From assembly GCA_034723395.1 (NCBI GenBank), contig JAYEOW010000024.1:22205-86204 (forward strand): DNA of 64,000 bases. Reading direction: 5' to 3'. Positions within the stretch are counted from its first letter, which is position 1. Every line of letters starts with the position of its first letter. The DNA comes from Candidatus Margulisiibacteriota bacterium. GTDB lineage: Bacteria > Margulisbacteria > WOR-1 > O2-12-FULL-45-9. Below, in pieces: positions 20,936 through 31,332 of this stretch. The position numbers were made by a program, and so were the translations under genes. Under the pieces are notes generated by a model. The model saw only the letters and a list, made by a program, of their open reading frames with translations, was not told the DNA's origin and made no database searches.

Positions 20936-22065
20936 TTTTTTGCCACCTTTCTGTAAACCTGCTCATACCGTTCGATGATCTTTTCCCAGGCAAAGAGCTC
21001 TTTGACCATCTCTTCTCCGTTACAGCCGTATTTTTTTCTTAATTCCTCATTGGTTAGCAGTTTTTCCATCGCTTTTGAAAGTTCCTCATGGTCGAACGGG
21101 ATAACCTCCCCCGCTCTCCCCTTAATGTAGCTGGCGACTCCCTGATTCTTAGTTACGATCACCGGGGTACCGCAGGCACAGGCTTCAAGCACCGATATGG
21201 CAAAGATCTCATACCAGGAAGGAAGCACGTATATATCCGAATCCCTTAAAGCAGAAAATTTGTCCTCGTCATACAAGGGACCGGTAAATATTACATGTTC
21301 TTTAATGTTTAGCGCGTTGATCTGCTCCTTGATCTGGTCAAGATATTCCTCATCCGGCCCCACTATAACCAGTTTTACGTTAGAAACGTGCTTTAAAAGA
21401 TCGTGAAATGCACGGATCAATAGATCGATCCCTTTTATCGGGTGGATCCTGCCCAAGAAAAGGATGATCTTCTCGCCTTCGCTGATATTATTTTTTCTGC
21501 GGAATTGCCCTTTTTCGTGGAATTTTATCGAGTCGAGATCGACCGCGTTTGGGATAACGGTTACTTTATTTGGATCGATATTATGCTGTTTTACCTGATC
21601 GCTCTCCATATTACTGACCGCGATGATCTGCGACGCGTTCTTGATGATCTTTTTACCAAACATCGCTTCAAACAGATATTTCCTCCCATACCCCTTCATC
21701 ATGATCGGCAGCGATCCATGGGGAGAAAGGATGTAAGGAACGTTATTCTTGACCGCGGCATTTGATGCGATTATATTCTGGTATGACCAATAATTGTTCA
21801 TATGGACCACGTCGTAATTTAATATTTCACGTTCAAGCGCCCGTTTCATTGCCGGAGAATATCTTAGAAACCCTAACTTACTCGGGAACGCGATTACTTT
21901 TGCCGGGGCAACCAGATCGGCATAATCCGCGTCGTAAGCGTCGTCGGTAGTAAAAATAGTCACTTCGTGGTCTTTTTTCAATAGCTGTTTGACCAGATTG
22001 TATACGTAATTAACGGTCCCGCCCCGCTTCGGGCTGAAATATTGGATAACTTGTAATATTTTCAT
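20932..22065 (-). CDS. GT4 glycosyltransferase
   Basis: SPHGSL, LFLGRIHPIKG.D.L, LPS.YE.F..SVLEA.ACG.P. Confidence 0.9.
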   Translation of the reverse strand: MKILQVIQYFSPKRGGTVNYVYNLVKQLLKKDHEVTIFTTDDAYDADYADLVAPAKVIAFPSKLGFLRYSPAMKRALEREILNYDVVHMNNYWSYQNIIASNAAVKNNVPYILSPHGSLPIMMKGYGRKYLFEAMFGKKIIKNASQIIAVSNMESDQVKQHNIDPNKVTVIPNAVDLDSIKFHEKGQFRRKNNISEGEKIILFLGRIHPIKGIDLLIRAFHDLLKHVSNVKLVIVGPDEEYLDQIKEQINALNIKEHVIFTGPLYDEDKFSALRDSDIYVLPSWYEIFAISVLEACACGTPVIVTKNQGVASYIKGRAGEVIPFDHEELSKAMEKLLTNEELRKKYGCNGEEMVKELFAWEKIIERYEQVYRKVAKK

Positions 22066-23288
22066 TAGGCCAGTACCTTATTAAATAGATATTCGTATCG
22101 CTCTGCCGCCGATTGGACCGTAAGATTTCTTAATATATACTCTCTCCCGTTCTTTCCGTATTGTTCCCGAAGCTGCGGATCGCTATAAAGCCTTAAGATC
22201 GCGTTATGAAATGCCTCTTCGTCGCCCGCACCAACAACTATTCCGCATTTTGCCCGATTGATCAATTTTGGAGCGTCTCCGCCGATCGGAAAACTTGCCA
22301 AAACCGGCCGTCCGGCCGACATGATACTTTTAATCTTTGACGGTACGGTCGGGGTCGCCACCTTTGGATTTAATGTAACCATTCCAACGTCCGAAGCCGC
22401 TAATAGATTAACATATTTGTCCCGCGGCTGGATAGGAATAACTTTAACATTCTTTAATTCCATTTTCTTGATCTTTTGCATCGTTTCCTCATAACGCGGA
22501 CCATTCCCCGCGATCAGAAATAATATATCATCGTTCTGCTCTAATTTCTTCGCGCTGTTGAGGATGATATCCATATCTTGAGAATCGGCGATACAGCCAG
22601 CGAAGGATAAGATGAAATTGTCGCCAATACCAAATTCTTCTCTAAAGGCATTATTTTTTCCCCCCGGAACTATATAATCGGCATCGATCCAGTTTTCTAC
22701 CACAGATACGATCTCTGGTTTATTTGAAGTCCGATCAACGATCTTCTTATTACCTTCCGACATAACAGTTAAAAGATCAGATCGCCGATAAATATCCTTT
22801 TCCAGAAAACGGCTAAAGGAAATCAGCAGCTTATTTTTCATGCCCCCCAGGTCCACCAGGTTTTGCGGAAAAATATCCTGCACGTTCAAAATCATTTTAT
22901 TGCGGTGGAAAAACCTGGTCAGTACGCCGGCATACCCCATCACCAGCGGCGGCGAAGAAGTCAGGATTACATCCGCCCTGCCCGCCTTTAACGAAGCAAT
23001 GAAAAGAAAAACGATATGCAACAAATAATCCAGCTCCCTCATCAACGGTATTTTCCGGCTGAATTCCGGGATGTTTATCCTGGTGATTTTTATGCCGCCC
23101 TGATCTTCTTTCACCAACCACCCTCGACTGGTCTTCGGGGCGATCTCTTCCGGCAAATGGCGCGGGAACCTGGTCACGACCGAAATCGAATGCCCCCTGG
23201 CCTTTAATGCGTGGGCCAGCTCCGAACAGAGATTGGCCGCCCCTCCGATTTCCGGAGGATAAGCGTTAGTTAAGAGCAGGATTTTCAT
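22065..23288 (-). CDS. GT4 glycosyltransferase, WbuB-like
   Basis: YPPEIG, SSPPL, NVQDIFP, ENW.D, PSKI..IM.AG.P; paralog of 16986-18188. Confidence 0.82.
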   Translation of the reverse strand: MKILLLTNAYPPEIGGAANLCSELAHALKARGHSISVVTRFPRHLPEEIAPKTSRGWLVKEDQGGIKITRINIPEFSRKIPLMRELDYLLHIVFLFIASLKAGRADVILTSSPPLVMGYAGVLTRFFHRNKMILNVQDIFPQNLVDLGGMKNKLLISFSRFLEKDIYRRSDLLTVMSEGNKKIVDRTSNKPEIVSVVENWIDADYIVPGGKNNAFREEFGIGDNFILSFAGCIADSQDMDIILNSAKKLEQNDDILFLIAGNGPRYEETMQKIKKMELKNVKVIPIQPRDKYVNLLAASDVGMVTLNPKVATPTVPSKIKSIMSAGRPVLASFPIGGDAPKLINRAKCGIVVGAGDEEAFHNAILRLYSDPQLREQYGKNGREYILRNLTVQSAAERYEYLFNKVLA

Positions 23289-24729
23289 GCCGCTCTCCTT
23301 CCAAAGATTTATTATAAATAATTACCGTCACCCCCATGAAAGTCCAAAACACCGATGCCTCTTCGAAAGAAGCCCCCACCCCGGTGAAAAATCCGGAAAA
23401 AAGAAAGGTAAAGGTGGCGATAATAAAACCGTTGATCAATTGTTTAAAATACGGGTCCTTCGTTTTCCTTTCGGTAATAAACAGTAATTTTAAATAACAG
23501 CACATCACCCAAAGAAAACACCCCAGCCCGATGATCCCGATATCGTTATACAGCTCCAGGTAATAGAAATCTATAAAACCACTTTTTAGGTCCTCTGAGG
23601 CCAAAGCCTCGGGGACCGCGCCGGTCGTCCCCAATCCCTGGCCGAATAAAAAATCTTTCATGTTATCTGTTTTAAATGCGTAAACGCTGAACGCCTTCTC
23701 AAACCGGCTCTGTTTTGAAATATCTTCTTCATCAAAGATCGATTGGAATCTAAGCATCAGCAACGGGGAACTTAATACCATTAATGCCGCAAGCACAGCT
23801 ACGATCACGATCAGCCAAGCCCTTTTCAATAAATACTTATATTTGATAATGCCCCAAATAGCCGTTCCGGCCACAATCGCTATCCAGGCTCCCCTGGAAA
23901 GAGTGAACAGCAGAGCCACCATAAATGCCATCAATATGACCGAACAAATGATCAGCTGTTTTTTGTCCTTTTCCATAAATATCGAAGCAATTAACACAGA
24001 AGCTAAGAAAGCAAGATAAAAACCTAAAACATTTGCGCTCTGGAAAAATGAGGCTGCCCTGCTTACACTAATATCGTATCCATATAGCCCACCGGAAGCA
24101 AGGGTAGCGGAATGCAGAAGATTTGGAAAAAAGAGCCACTGTATGATAGCCCCTATGGCCAAAATAAAACCCACAGCAAGCACTATGTTCACTAATATTT
24201 TTATATCCTCTTTGCTTTTTATTAATGATCCGGTTAAAAAGAACATAAAGGTAAAAATGATCGTTTTACGGAAACCGATTAAACCGGCAATCAAACTACT
24301 TGAATTTGTCAGGAACAAAATCACATTTAGCGCAATAAATATCAAGACTGGTTTATACATTCTTGAAAGCTTAAAATTATACTGTTTTTTTGTGATGATC
24401 ACCGCCATAGTTGACCCGAGCAGAGAAAAAAGCAATAGATCCTTGTAGATCCCGATGACCGAAGCCAATAATCCGGGCAGGAACAACGACAACACCAGTT
24501 TTAAGAAAAAGCTAAAGGGGATCAATAGGATCAAAAGAAAAAACGTTTTCTTCTTATTAAGAAAGACCAGCAAACAGGCGATAAAAATAATGACTAACAC
24601 AAGAATCATATAATTTTGTTTCACGATCCCTAATCCAATCTGGTAAAGAACTAACGCAAGCCCCGCATACAAGATGATGTCAATCCGTTGCTTAATAATA
24701 TTTAGAATATAATTAATCCTATTTTTCAT
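23266..24729 (-). CDS. O-antigen ligase/polymerase (Wzy_C) family membrane protein
   Basis: About 12 hydrophobic segments; RA.SFF..AN, FTLSRGAW, FGQGLG, YLELY.D.GIIG. Confidence 0.8.
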   Translation of the reverse strand: MKNRINYILNIIKQRIDIILYAGLALVLYQIGLGIVKQNYMILVLVIIFIACLLVFLNKKKTFFLLILLIPFSFFLKLVLSLFLPGLLASVIGIYKDLLLFSLLGSTMAVIITKKQYNFKLSRMYKPVLIFIALNVILFLTNSSSLIAGLIGFRKTIIFTFMFFLTGSLIKSKEDIKILVNIVLAVGFILAIGAIIQWLFFPNLLHSATLASGGLYGYDISVSRAASFFQSANVLGFYLAFLASVLIASIFMEKDKKQLIICSVILMAFMVALLFTLSRGAWIAIVAGTAIWGIIKYKYLLKRAWLIVIVAVLAALMVLSSPLLMLRFQSIFDEEDISKQSRFEKAFSVYAFKTDNMKDFLFGQGLGTTGAVPEALASEDLKSGFIDFYYLELYNDIGIIGLGCFLWVMCCYLKLLFITERKTKDPYFKQLINGFIIATFTFLFSGFFTGVGASFEEASVFWTFMGVTVIIYNKSLEGERHENPALN

Positions 24730-25894
24730 TCAAGGCAACCAAGCTATGTATTTTATCGATCCTCTTTTGCCAGGAATTATTCCTTGCAATTATCTTACGT
24801 TTACTTATTAATTCATCACTATCGTTGTTTAAACTCTTTTCGATCATCTCGATAAAAAGCTCTCTATTTTCCGTTGTCCTAACAACACTTTCATCATATT
24901 CCATTGCGCCCCGCAAAATAACGTTTGAAACGATCGGTCTCCCGGCCGCTAGATATTCATAAAATTTAAGCGGCACCCAAAACATCCGGCTGAACGCACT
25001 CTTTTTATAAGGAAGCAAACAAACATCTAATGCTTTTATATAATTCGGCAGCTCTTCCGGAGCTTTGTTTCCTAAAAAATGAACATTAGGACGCTCTTTT
25101 AATTTTTCGATCCATTGCCGATGGATCTGATCGGCCTCCGCAACCGGCCCGATCAGAACGATCTCCCAATCGCCCCTTCGTTCAGCCACATAATCGATAA
25201 GCTCGTAATCCAATTTCCCACCCAAGACCCCTACAAATCCGATCCTTGGAGAAGAGATCTGTTCATATTCAGTTGGCACAATGGAGCCAGCGTTATTAAA
25301 AAGATCGATGCGTACCCCATGCGGGATCAGATGGGTACTCTTGTTAAATACTTTTTTTTCTTCTACCAGAGTATGAGAAACTGCAAATACAAAATCAACT
25401 TTCTTTATAAGCTCCTGCTCAATTTTTATTATGCCTTCCCTTTTCTTCCCAGCCGGGGCAAACAGATAATGAGGATCATTGCAAAAATAAATACTCACTT
25501 TTTCCTTAAATCTGCCGACTAATTCCCCTGCCGGAAAAGCAAAGACCCACAATATAGGATTTTTCAGCTTAAGCATAGCCACAGCAACTTTGACAAACAG
25601 TAATAGAATTTTTTGATTAACCCAATTTATCCATGGTATCCAGTCCCCTCCCGGAAATATTGGCGGTGGAGCATATAAATACAAGTTATCTTGCTTATGC
25701 CTTATTCCTTTAAAAACCTTTGACAATCTTTTCCATTCAGAAAATCCCTTTAACAAAAGAAACAAATTGACTGGGCGTTCAACAAATAAGACCTTATTAT
25801 CCTTAGCCAATACAGACATTAAATGATGCCGACAGCGCTTAGCCTCATCCCAATCAGACATTGTTATACAAATAATATCTTGATTTTTAAACAT
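24719..25894 (-). CDS. GT-B glycosyltransferase (TuaH-like)
   Basis: R.HHL...LA....VLFVE, IGFVG, PLKFYEYLAAGRPIVS. Confidence 0.82.
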   Translation of the reverse strand: MFKNQDIICITMSDWDEAKRCRHHLMSVLAKDNKVLFVERPVNLFLLLKGFSEWKRLSKVFKGIRHKQDNLYLYAPPPIFPGGDWIPWINWVNQKILLLFVKVAVAMLKLKNPILWVFAFPAGELVGRFKEKVSIYFCNDPHYLFAPAGKKREGIIKIEQELIKKVDFVFAVSHTLVEEKKVFNKSTHLIPHGVRIDLFNNAGSIVPTEYEQISSPRIGFVGVLGGKLDYELIDYVAERRGDWEIVLIGPVAEADQIHRQWIEKLKERPNVHFLGNKAPEELPNYIKALDVCLLPYKKSAFSRMFWVPLKFYEYLAAGRPIVSNVILRGAMEYDESVVRTTENRELFIEMIEKSLNNDSDELISKRKIIARNNSWQKRIDKIHSLVALNEK

Positions 25895-25895
25895 A

Positions 25896-27050
25896 CTAAT
25901 TAGCCCCTAATAACACGTACATCTCTTCAAGTTTATTAAAATTCTTATCCCAATCGGCTCTCTCTTGCGCTATTTGATAGTTTTTCTCGCCAAACTGCTT
26001 CTGTTTCGCATCGTTCTTTAATAGATCAATTATTCTATTCGCCAGCAGCTGCGAGTTTTTACGCGGCACTATGTATCCGTTTTGGTTATTAACTACCCAT
26101 TCCAGATATGAAGGGACATCTGACAGAACCATCGGCAAAGCAGAGGCCATCGCTTCTAAAAGTGCGAGCGAAGTCCCGTCACTCAGCGAGCTAGAAATAT
26201 AGATATCCGCGGCATTCAGATATTCCGGAAGCTCTTCATTTTTTATAAACCCTGCAAAGTGAACATGGTCCTTCAGCTTGTAACTATTAATGATCTTTTC
26301 GAAGTCGTCTTTTAACGGACCATCACCGCATAATATTACCCTTGTCTCCGGACACGATTCGACAACCTTTGGCAAGGCATGGAGAAAATATTCCACTCCG
26401 TATACCGGCCGAAATGAACGGGTCATTAAGAGGATCTTATTTTTCGCCCACCCCAACCGTTCACGGATCCGGTTATTCTCCCTTTTTGAATAAAACAGCT
26501 TCAGGTCAATCCCCCGCGGAAAAACAACGATCTTCTCTGCAGGAAAATTAACGTAATCGATTATTCTGTTTTTAACATTTTCGCAATCACAGGTTATCAT
26601 GTCAGCTTTTGATAAAGCGTATTTTGTTTTCAACATCATCCCCCTACTCTTTTTGGGGACGATCAGGATATCCGATCCCCAGGGCATTAAAAGCAGTGGA
26701 CGGAATCCTGAAAGAGCGGCCATAAATCCATCAGCCTGTGTCCAGCCGGCATGGATCACATCCGGTTTTATCTTTTTCATATCTCTTCTTAACCTAAAAA
26801 TACTCTTTAAGAACGCAAACCAACATCTTATCTTCCGCGTGAATATCGAATACTTTTCCGCCCCGGAAGCGAAAGCGAGCGGATTTTTGTAATGGATCTT
26901 ATTTATCCCCTTAAGCTCCTGAATATATGAAGGAAGCTTTTCCCCGTCATAATGGGTGATCAAAAATACTTCATGATCGGAATCGGAGAGTTTTTTTAAG
27001 AAACGATGGTCATGAATACTCAGATTCGATGATAAATAGATTATCCGCAT
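25896..27050 (-). CDS. GT4 glycosyltransferase
   Basis: PWGSDIL, GIDL, SSLSDGTSL.LLEAMA. Confidence 0.88.
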   Translation of the reverse strand: MRIIYLSSNLSIHDHRFLKKLSDSDHEVFLITHYDGEKLPSYIQELKGINKIHYKNPLAFASGAEKYSIFTRKIRCWFAFLKSIFRLRRDMKKIKPDVIHAGWTQADGFMAALSGFRPLLLMPWGSDILIVPKKSRGMMLKTKYALSKADMITCDCENVKNRIIDYVNFPAEKIVVFPRGIDLKLFYSKRENNRIRERLGWAKNKILLMTRSFRPVYGVEYFLHALPKVVESCPETRVILCGDGPLKDDFEKIINSYKLKDHVHFAGFIKNEELPEYLNAADIYISSSLSDGTSLALLEAMASALPMVLSDVPSYLEWVVNNQNGYIVPRKNSQLLANRIIDLLKNDAKQKQFGEKNYQIAQERADWDKNFNKLEEMYVLLGAN

Positions 27051-27051
27051 C

Positions 27052-27894
27052 CTATCCCCACTCTTTTAAATACTCCTTAAGCGCCGCTTTCCATCCCTGC
27101 ATCGGATTGATCTCCATCAGGTCTAATTTATAATTCCTCATCGCCTCGGACGCTGCCCGCGGAGCAGGAAGAGGAAAACGATCGGAGGTAACCGGCTTTA
27201 CCTTTGCTTTCGATCCTAATATCTTAACTATTTCTACTGCGATATCGTAACGGGTGCAGGAACCGCTGTTTACCAAATGATAAAGACCGTAATTCCCAGT
27301 TTTAACGATCTTCTTTATACCGCTGACCAGGTCCCGGGCAAAGGTCGGACTCCCATATTTGTCATCTACCGCTTCCAGCTTATCCCTTGTTTTAAGCAGT
27401 TCAACAATCTTACCCACAAACTTTTTATCCCGCTTTGGCCCTCCGCCGATCATCCATCCCGCTCTGAATATGCAATATTTATTTAAAAGGTCCTGGACGA
27501 TCTTCTCCCCTTCATATTTCGCTTTACTATATACATTCACTGGATCAGGGGTGTCGAATTCAGTATGGATCTGCTTTTCTTTACCGTTAAATACACCGCC
27601 GGTGCTGATATAAACCATCTCCGCGTTAAACTTTTGGCACGCAAGCGCAACATTATAAGTGCCGATCGTGTTCGTCTTATAAGCGTGGTCCACCTCGCTT
27701 TCGCAGGCGTCGACATTGGTCTCCGCCGCGAGATGCAGGACCAGCGATGGTTTATTCTCCGCTACTGCCGCAAAAACCAGCTTCTTATCCCTGATATCCA
27801 TTTCGGGGACATCGGTTAAAACCAGTTTTTCGTCCGCAAATACATCCTGAACATACGAACCTACCATCCCTTTTGCTCCGGTAACTAAGATCAT
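27052..27894 (-). CDS. rfbD: dTDP-4-dehydrorhamnose reductase family protein
   Basis: VTGAKGMVG, HLAA.TNVD.CE, YS.AK..GE, GSPT, A.R. Confidence 0.8.
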   Translation of the reverse strand: MILVTGAKGMVGSYVQDVFADEKLVLTDVPEMDIRDKKLVFAAVAENKPSLVLHLAAETNVDACESEVDHAYKTNTIGTYNVALACQKFNAEMVYISTGGVFNGKEKQIHTEFDTPDPVNVYSKAKYEGEKIVQDLLNKYCIFRAGWMIGGGPKRDKKFVGKIVELLKTRDKLEAVDDKYGSPTFARDLVSGIKKIVKTGNYGLYHLVNSGSCTRYDIAVEIVKILGSKAKVKPVTSDRFPLPAPRAASEAMRNYKLDLMEINPMQGWKAALKEYLKEWG

Positions 27895-28805
27895 CTTATT
27901 TTCTCCTTTCCTAACATCGTTTTTAACGTTATCTTCGCGACCTTAATATATAAAGAAATAAACAATGGATCTGCCTTAAATGACTTCCATAAATATTTCA
28001 AAAACGGTTTTCTTAAACAAAATCGGTAATATGCCCAGTTATAATAAATGTTCGCTTTCGTTCTTCTAAAACGAAACCAGTCGGAGAGTTTTCTCTTCTC
28101 AAGCCGGCAATAATGGTCATCTATAATATTAATTACGCTTTGGAACATCTCTTCCCTGCTTGAATTCGTAAAATTATTTTCATGCAGCGTATAGCCGCCC
28201 AGTATCTCCGGAATAAAATGGAAAAGATGGCCGGCCTTTGCCGCCCTTAACCACAGGTCATAATCTTCACAAAGATAGGTTAACTTGCTTTCAGAGAAAT
28301 ACCCTACGTCCTCCATTATCTTTTTCTTAAAAGTTACGGCCGGAGTTGACAATAAATTTCCGGAATAAAGCAGCGCACGGTGCATATCTTTCGCTCCAGG
28401 GCCATTTTTCCGTATCCCAGATATCTCTCCATCTTTATGGTCGTGTAGATCGTGGCTGATGATTGCTATGTCCGGATGGTTCTTAAATGCTTGTATCGTT
28501 ATTTCAAGCTTATCTGAATACCAGATATCATCCTGATCGAGGATCGCAATAACCTCACCGGATGCCTGCCTGACCCCGCTATTTCTAGCCCCACCCAATC
28601 CTTTATTTTTCTGTTCAATATAAACAAAGTCCGTCTCTTGATGCTTCTCCATATATTCATTAACTACTTCTCCAACATTATCCGGCGATTCATCGTTCAC
28701 CAGAATGATCTCGTAATCTTTGTAGGTTTGCGCCAAAACACTATCGAGCGTTCGCTCAATCAGTTTTGCCCCGTTATATAAAGGTATGATCACTGATACT
28801 TTCAT
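27891..28805 (-). CDS. GT2 glycosyltransferase
   Basis: VSVIIPLYN, VND.S.D, ARN.G, LDQDD.W, EDYDLWLR. Start at ATG 28805, overlapping the upstream stop. Confidence 0.92.
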   Translation of the reverse strand: MKVSVIIPLYNGAKLIERTLDSVLAQTYKDYEIILVNDESPDNVGEVVNEYMEKHQETDFVYIEQKNKGLGGARNSGVRQASGEVIAILDQDDIWYSDKLEITIQAFKNHPDIAIISHDLHDHKDGEISGIRKNGPGAKDMHRALLYSGNLLSTPAVTFKKKIMEDVGYFSESKLTYLCEDYDLWLRAAKAGHLFHFIPEILGGYTLHENNFTNSSREEMFQSVINIIDDHYCRLEKRKLSDWFRFRRTKANIYYNWAYYRFCLRKPFLKYLWKSFKADPLFISLYIKVAKITLKTMLGKEKIR

Positions 28806-30601
28806 AAAAATACCGCTAAACTTTCTTCGTTGACCGGGGAGAAGCATTGGGCAATTAATTCTCTCCCCTTTTCACGCAGTTTTATCTCCTTTGCTTGATC
28901 GATGCTTTTTATTTTCTCAATCTCTGCCGCGATCTCTTCCGTAGTTCGGGCGGTAAACTGAAAATCGTCTTTGGAGAACCAGTCCATCGGATCGAGGCTG
29001 ATATCAAGATCGCTACGCACTCTTATCACAGGCACCCCCCACGCCAAAGCATCAAATATCGTAGCAGAAGCAGTAGCTATCAACATTGTCGCATTTGGCA
29101 AAACGTCGCTCATTCCTCCGCCAACAAGCTCATATTCATCTGTTTTTAAACCGGCTAAATTTATTATTTCACTAAGATCTTCTTTGGCCATCATTGGATG
29201 CGGTTTGAGCACCAGCTTCATATGCTTGGTATTCCTAAGTGCTGACCAGCTCTTTGAAAGAAGTTCCAGCGCGTTCGGTTTCGCTAGCGGAAGGGTGATT
29301 AAAACAGTATTTTGGGGCCTATCCCCTCTCCCATATTGTCTTATTAGATATTGGAAACGCAGAGCCGGGCCATCGACTAAACACTCTGAGGAAAATCCTT
29401 CTTTAGATAAAATCTCTCTAAAATAACTGCCGGAGCAAATAATCTTATTCGGTGTCGGCAGCACACCCGCCTCATTTTTTGAGGCATAACAGCTTAGAAG
29501 TAATGGAAACAGAGAGGCGTGCTGAAAACCTAGTATAGTAGCATCCGGCAAGTATTTTTCTGCTCCTAGAAGAATCGGCTTCTCAGGAAACATATTTTCA
29601 AAAGTGATAATGATACGTTCGATTTTAACTCCCTTTTCGCTCAGCCTTTCCATTAAATAGTAATGCATCACAACCTCAAAAGCCGATCCGCCGGCAAATG
29701 CAGTTCTTCTCGCCTCTTCCCGGTAGATCAGCCCAAGTTCGTGCCCTTGAAAAACGAAAGATCCCTTGAAAAATGTCAGCGACCGAAACATAACATATAG
29801 TCCCTTAAAATAATCGGTAATTCGATAATAATCGTCCGCAATAATAAAGTTTTCCTTTGCCTGCCTGAGCCAAGCAAAAGTCTCTCTGATCGACCGCCTT
29901 AAATTGTAAAATATCGGGAGAATAGCGACCGTTTCCCCTTTTCCCCTTAATTCACCAGCTAAATTAGCAAAATAACTATCCTTAAATTCCCCGTTTTGGC
30001 TTAAATGTTTATCTCCAATCCAGGTCCTTAGAATAGTTAACGGTTTATTATCACTAATTGATGGTTTTCGCGCCCATAACTTTCTGGTAAAAGCTTGTTT
30101 AAGCGACAAAAAGAATCGTGCTGCCGCACGCAAATATGATTTAAAAGCATTAGTCTTATATAGTTTTATATTTTTATATCCATTGAATAGATCAGACCTT
30201 GATATGGTCTCTAATACCGCCGTGCTCTCCGAAAAGATGCAGACATTTTTCCCGGAAAGTTCCTTTTTTAACCGATTCACAACTTCAAGATAACAAATAT
30301 AAAGATACACCGGGCTGTCCATCACATTTTTTTCCGCTATCTTTGAGCACCACCATGCCAATGAGTTAAAGCAGACGCTCAACTCTCCGACGTAATCCAA
30401 ATAAGACCGCCGCAGGTCATTGGCCGCATCTTCTAACAACGAACCAATTTCTACATAGTGCCAATTAGCGGGAGCTTGGTTTTTTAATTCTAAAAGCCGC
30501 TTATAATCCCTTCCTAAAAAAACCCAGTAATGGTGTTCACTGAATTCCCTTTTAGCGGGAAAACCTTTGTCAGCCTGAATTAATCTAATCGTATTAGGCA
30601 T
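28802..30601 (-). CDS. uncharacterised glycan biosynthesis protein, candidate CMP-ulosonate transferase
   Basis: FEN..PEK, GFQH, G..RF, LKPHP, SAT.FDA...G.PV give a GT-B-like C-terminal pattern; directly after kdsB. Confidence 0.5.
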   Translation of the reverse strand: MPNTIRLIQADKGFPAKREFSEHHYWVFLGRDYKRLLELKNQAPANWHYVEIGSLLEDAANDLRRSYLDYVGELSVCFNSLAWWCSKIAEKNVMDSPVYLYICYLEVVNRLKKELSGKNVCIFSESTAVLETISRSDLFNGYKNIKLYKTNAFKSYLRAAARFFLSLKQAFTRKLWARKPSISDNKPLTILRTWIGDKHLSQNGEFKDSYFANLAGELRGKGETVAILPIFYNLRRSIRETFAWLRQAKENFIIADDYYRITDYFKGLYVMFRSLTFFKGSFVFQGHELGLIYREEARRTAFAGGSAFEVVMHYYLMERLSEKGVKIERIIITFENMFPEKPILLGAEKYLPDATILGFQHASLFPLLLSCYASKNEAGVLPTPNKIICSGSYFREILSKEGFSSECLVDGPALRFQYLIRQYGRGDRPQNTVLITLPLAKPNALELLSKSWSALRNTKHMKLVLKPHPMMAKEDLSEIINLAGLKTDEYELVGGGMSDVLPNATMLIATASATIFDALAWGVPVIRVRSDLDISLDPMDWFSKDDFQFTARTTEEIAAEIEKIKSIDQAKEIKLREKGRELIAQCFSPVNEESLAVFL

Positions 30602-31331
30602 ATAAGCTTTTGGTTTTATCCTTTTTCATTAGATCTACAACTATTTCCAGATCGGCCGGTGTATCTACGCTGATCTTCGCTCCCTCAATCTTAACCGCTT
30701 TCATCTTCACCCCGTGCTCTAAAACCCGTAAATATTCGTTATACTCGATAGTTTCTAAGGGAGTCGGTTCCCATGAGGTATATTTGAGCAAAAACTCCTT
30801 ACGAAACGGAACAATAAAGCACATTTTTAACAGTCCATTAACCGGTGTCCGCGCATCACTAGGCAGATCGGTTCTTGAACAGTAAAGAATATTTCCATTC
30901 AGGTCTAATACTGCTTTTATATCTGAATGACTATTCTTACCAGCATACGGAGTAACCCCAACCGAAATCTGGATATTTTGATCTTTCTTTAGTGGTGCAA
31001 CGATTTGATTAATATGTTCTGGATCAACTAACGGTTCATCTCCCTGGATATTTACTACGATGTCGCAATCGACTTTCTGGGACGCTTCGGCTAAACGGTC
31101 GGACCCGGTTTTATGATGATTTCCAGTCATGATTACTTTTATTCCATGCTTTTCACCGGCACTTTTAATTTTTTCATTATCGGTCACCAAATAAACCTCA
31201 TCTAAAGCCTCCGCTAACAAAGAACGCTTACAAGTGTGGATCACCATCGGCAATCCTTCGATCTCAATCAATGCTTTGCCGGGTAAACGGCTCGACTCTA
31301 ATCTTGCCGGAACCATTCCTACAGTTTTCAT
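30594..31331 (-). CDS. kdsB: 3-deoxy-manno-octulosonate cytidylyltransferase family
   Basis: PARL.SSRLPGK.L..I.G.PM, TGSDR.AE, VNIQGDEP, LE.IE..E.LR.LE.G, SVDTP.DL. Confidence 0.88.
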   Translation of the reverse strand: MKTVGMVPARLESSRLPGKALIEIEGLPMVIHTCKRSLLAEALDEVYLVTDNEKIKSAGEKHGIKVIMTGNHHKTGSDRLAEASQKVDCDIVVNIQGDEPLVDPEHINQIVAPLKKDQNIQISVGVTPYAGKNSHSDIKAVLDLNGNILYCSRTDLPSDARTPVNGLLKMCFIVPFRKEFLLKYTSWEPTPLETIEYNEYLRVLEHGVKMKAVKIEGAKISVDTPADLEIVVDLMKKDKTKSLYA

Positions 31332-31332
31332 C

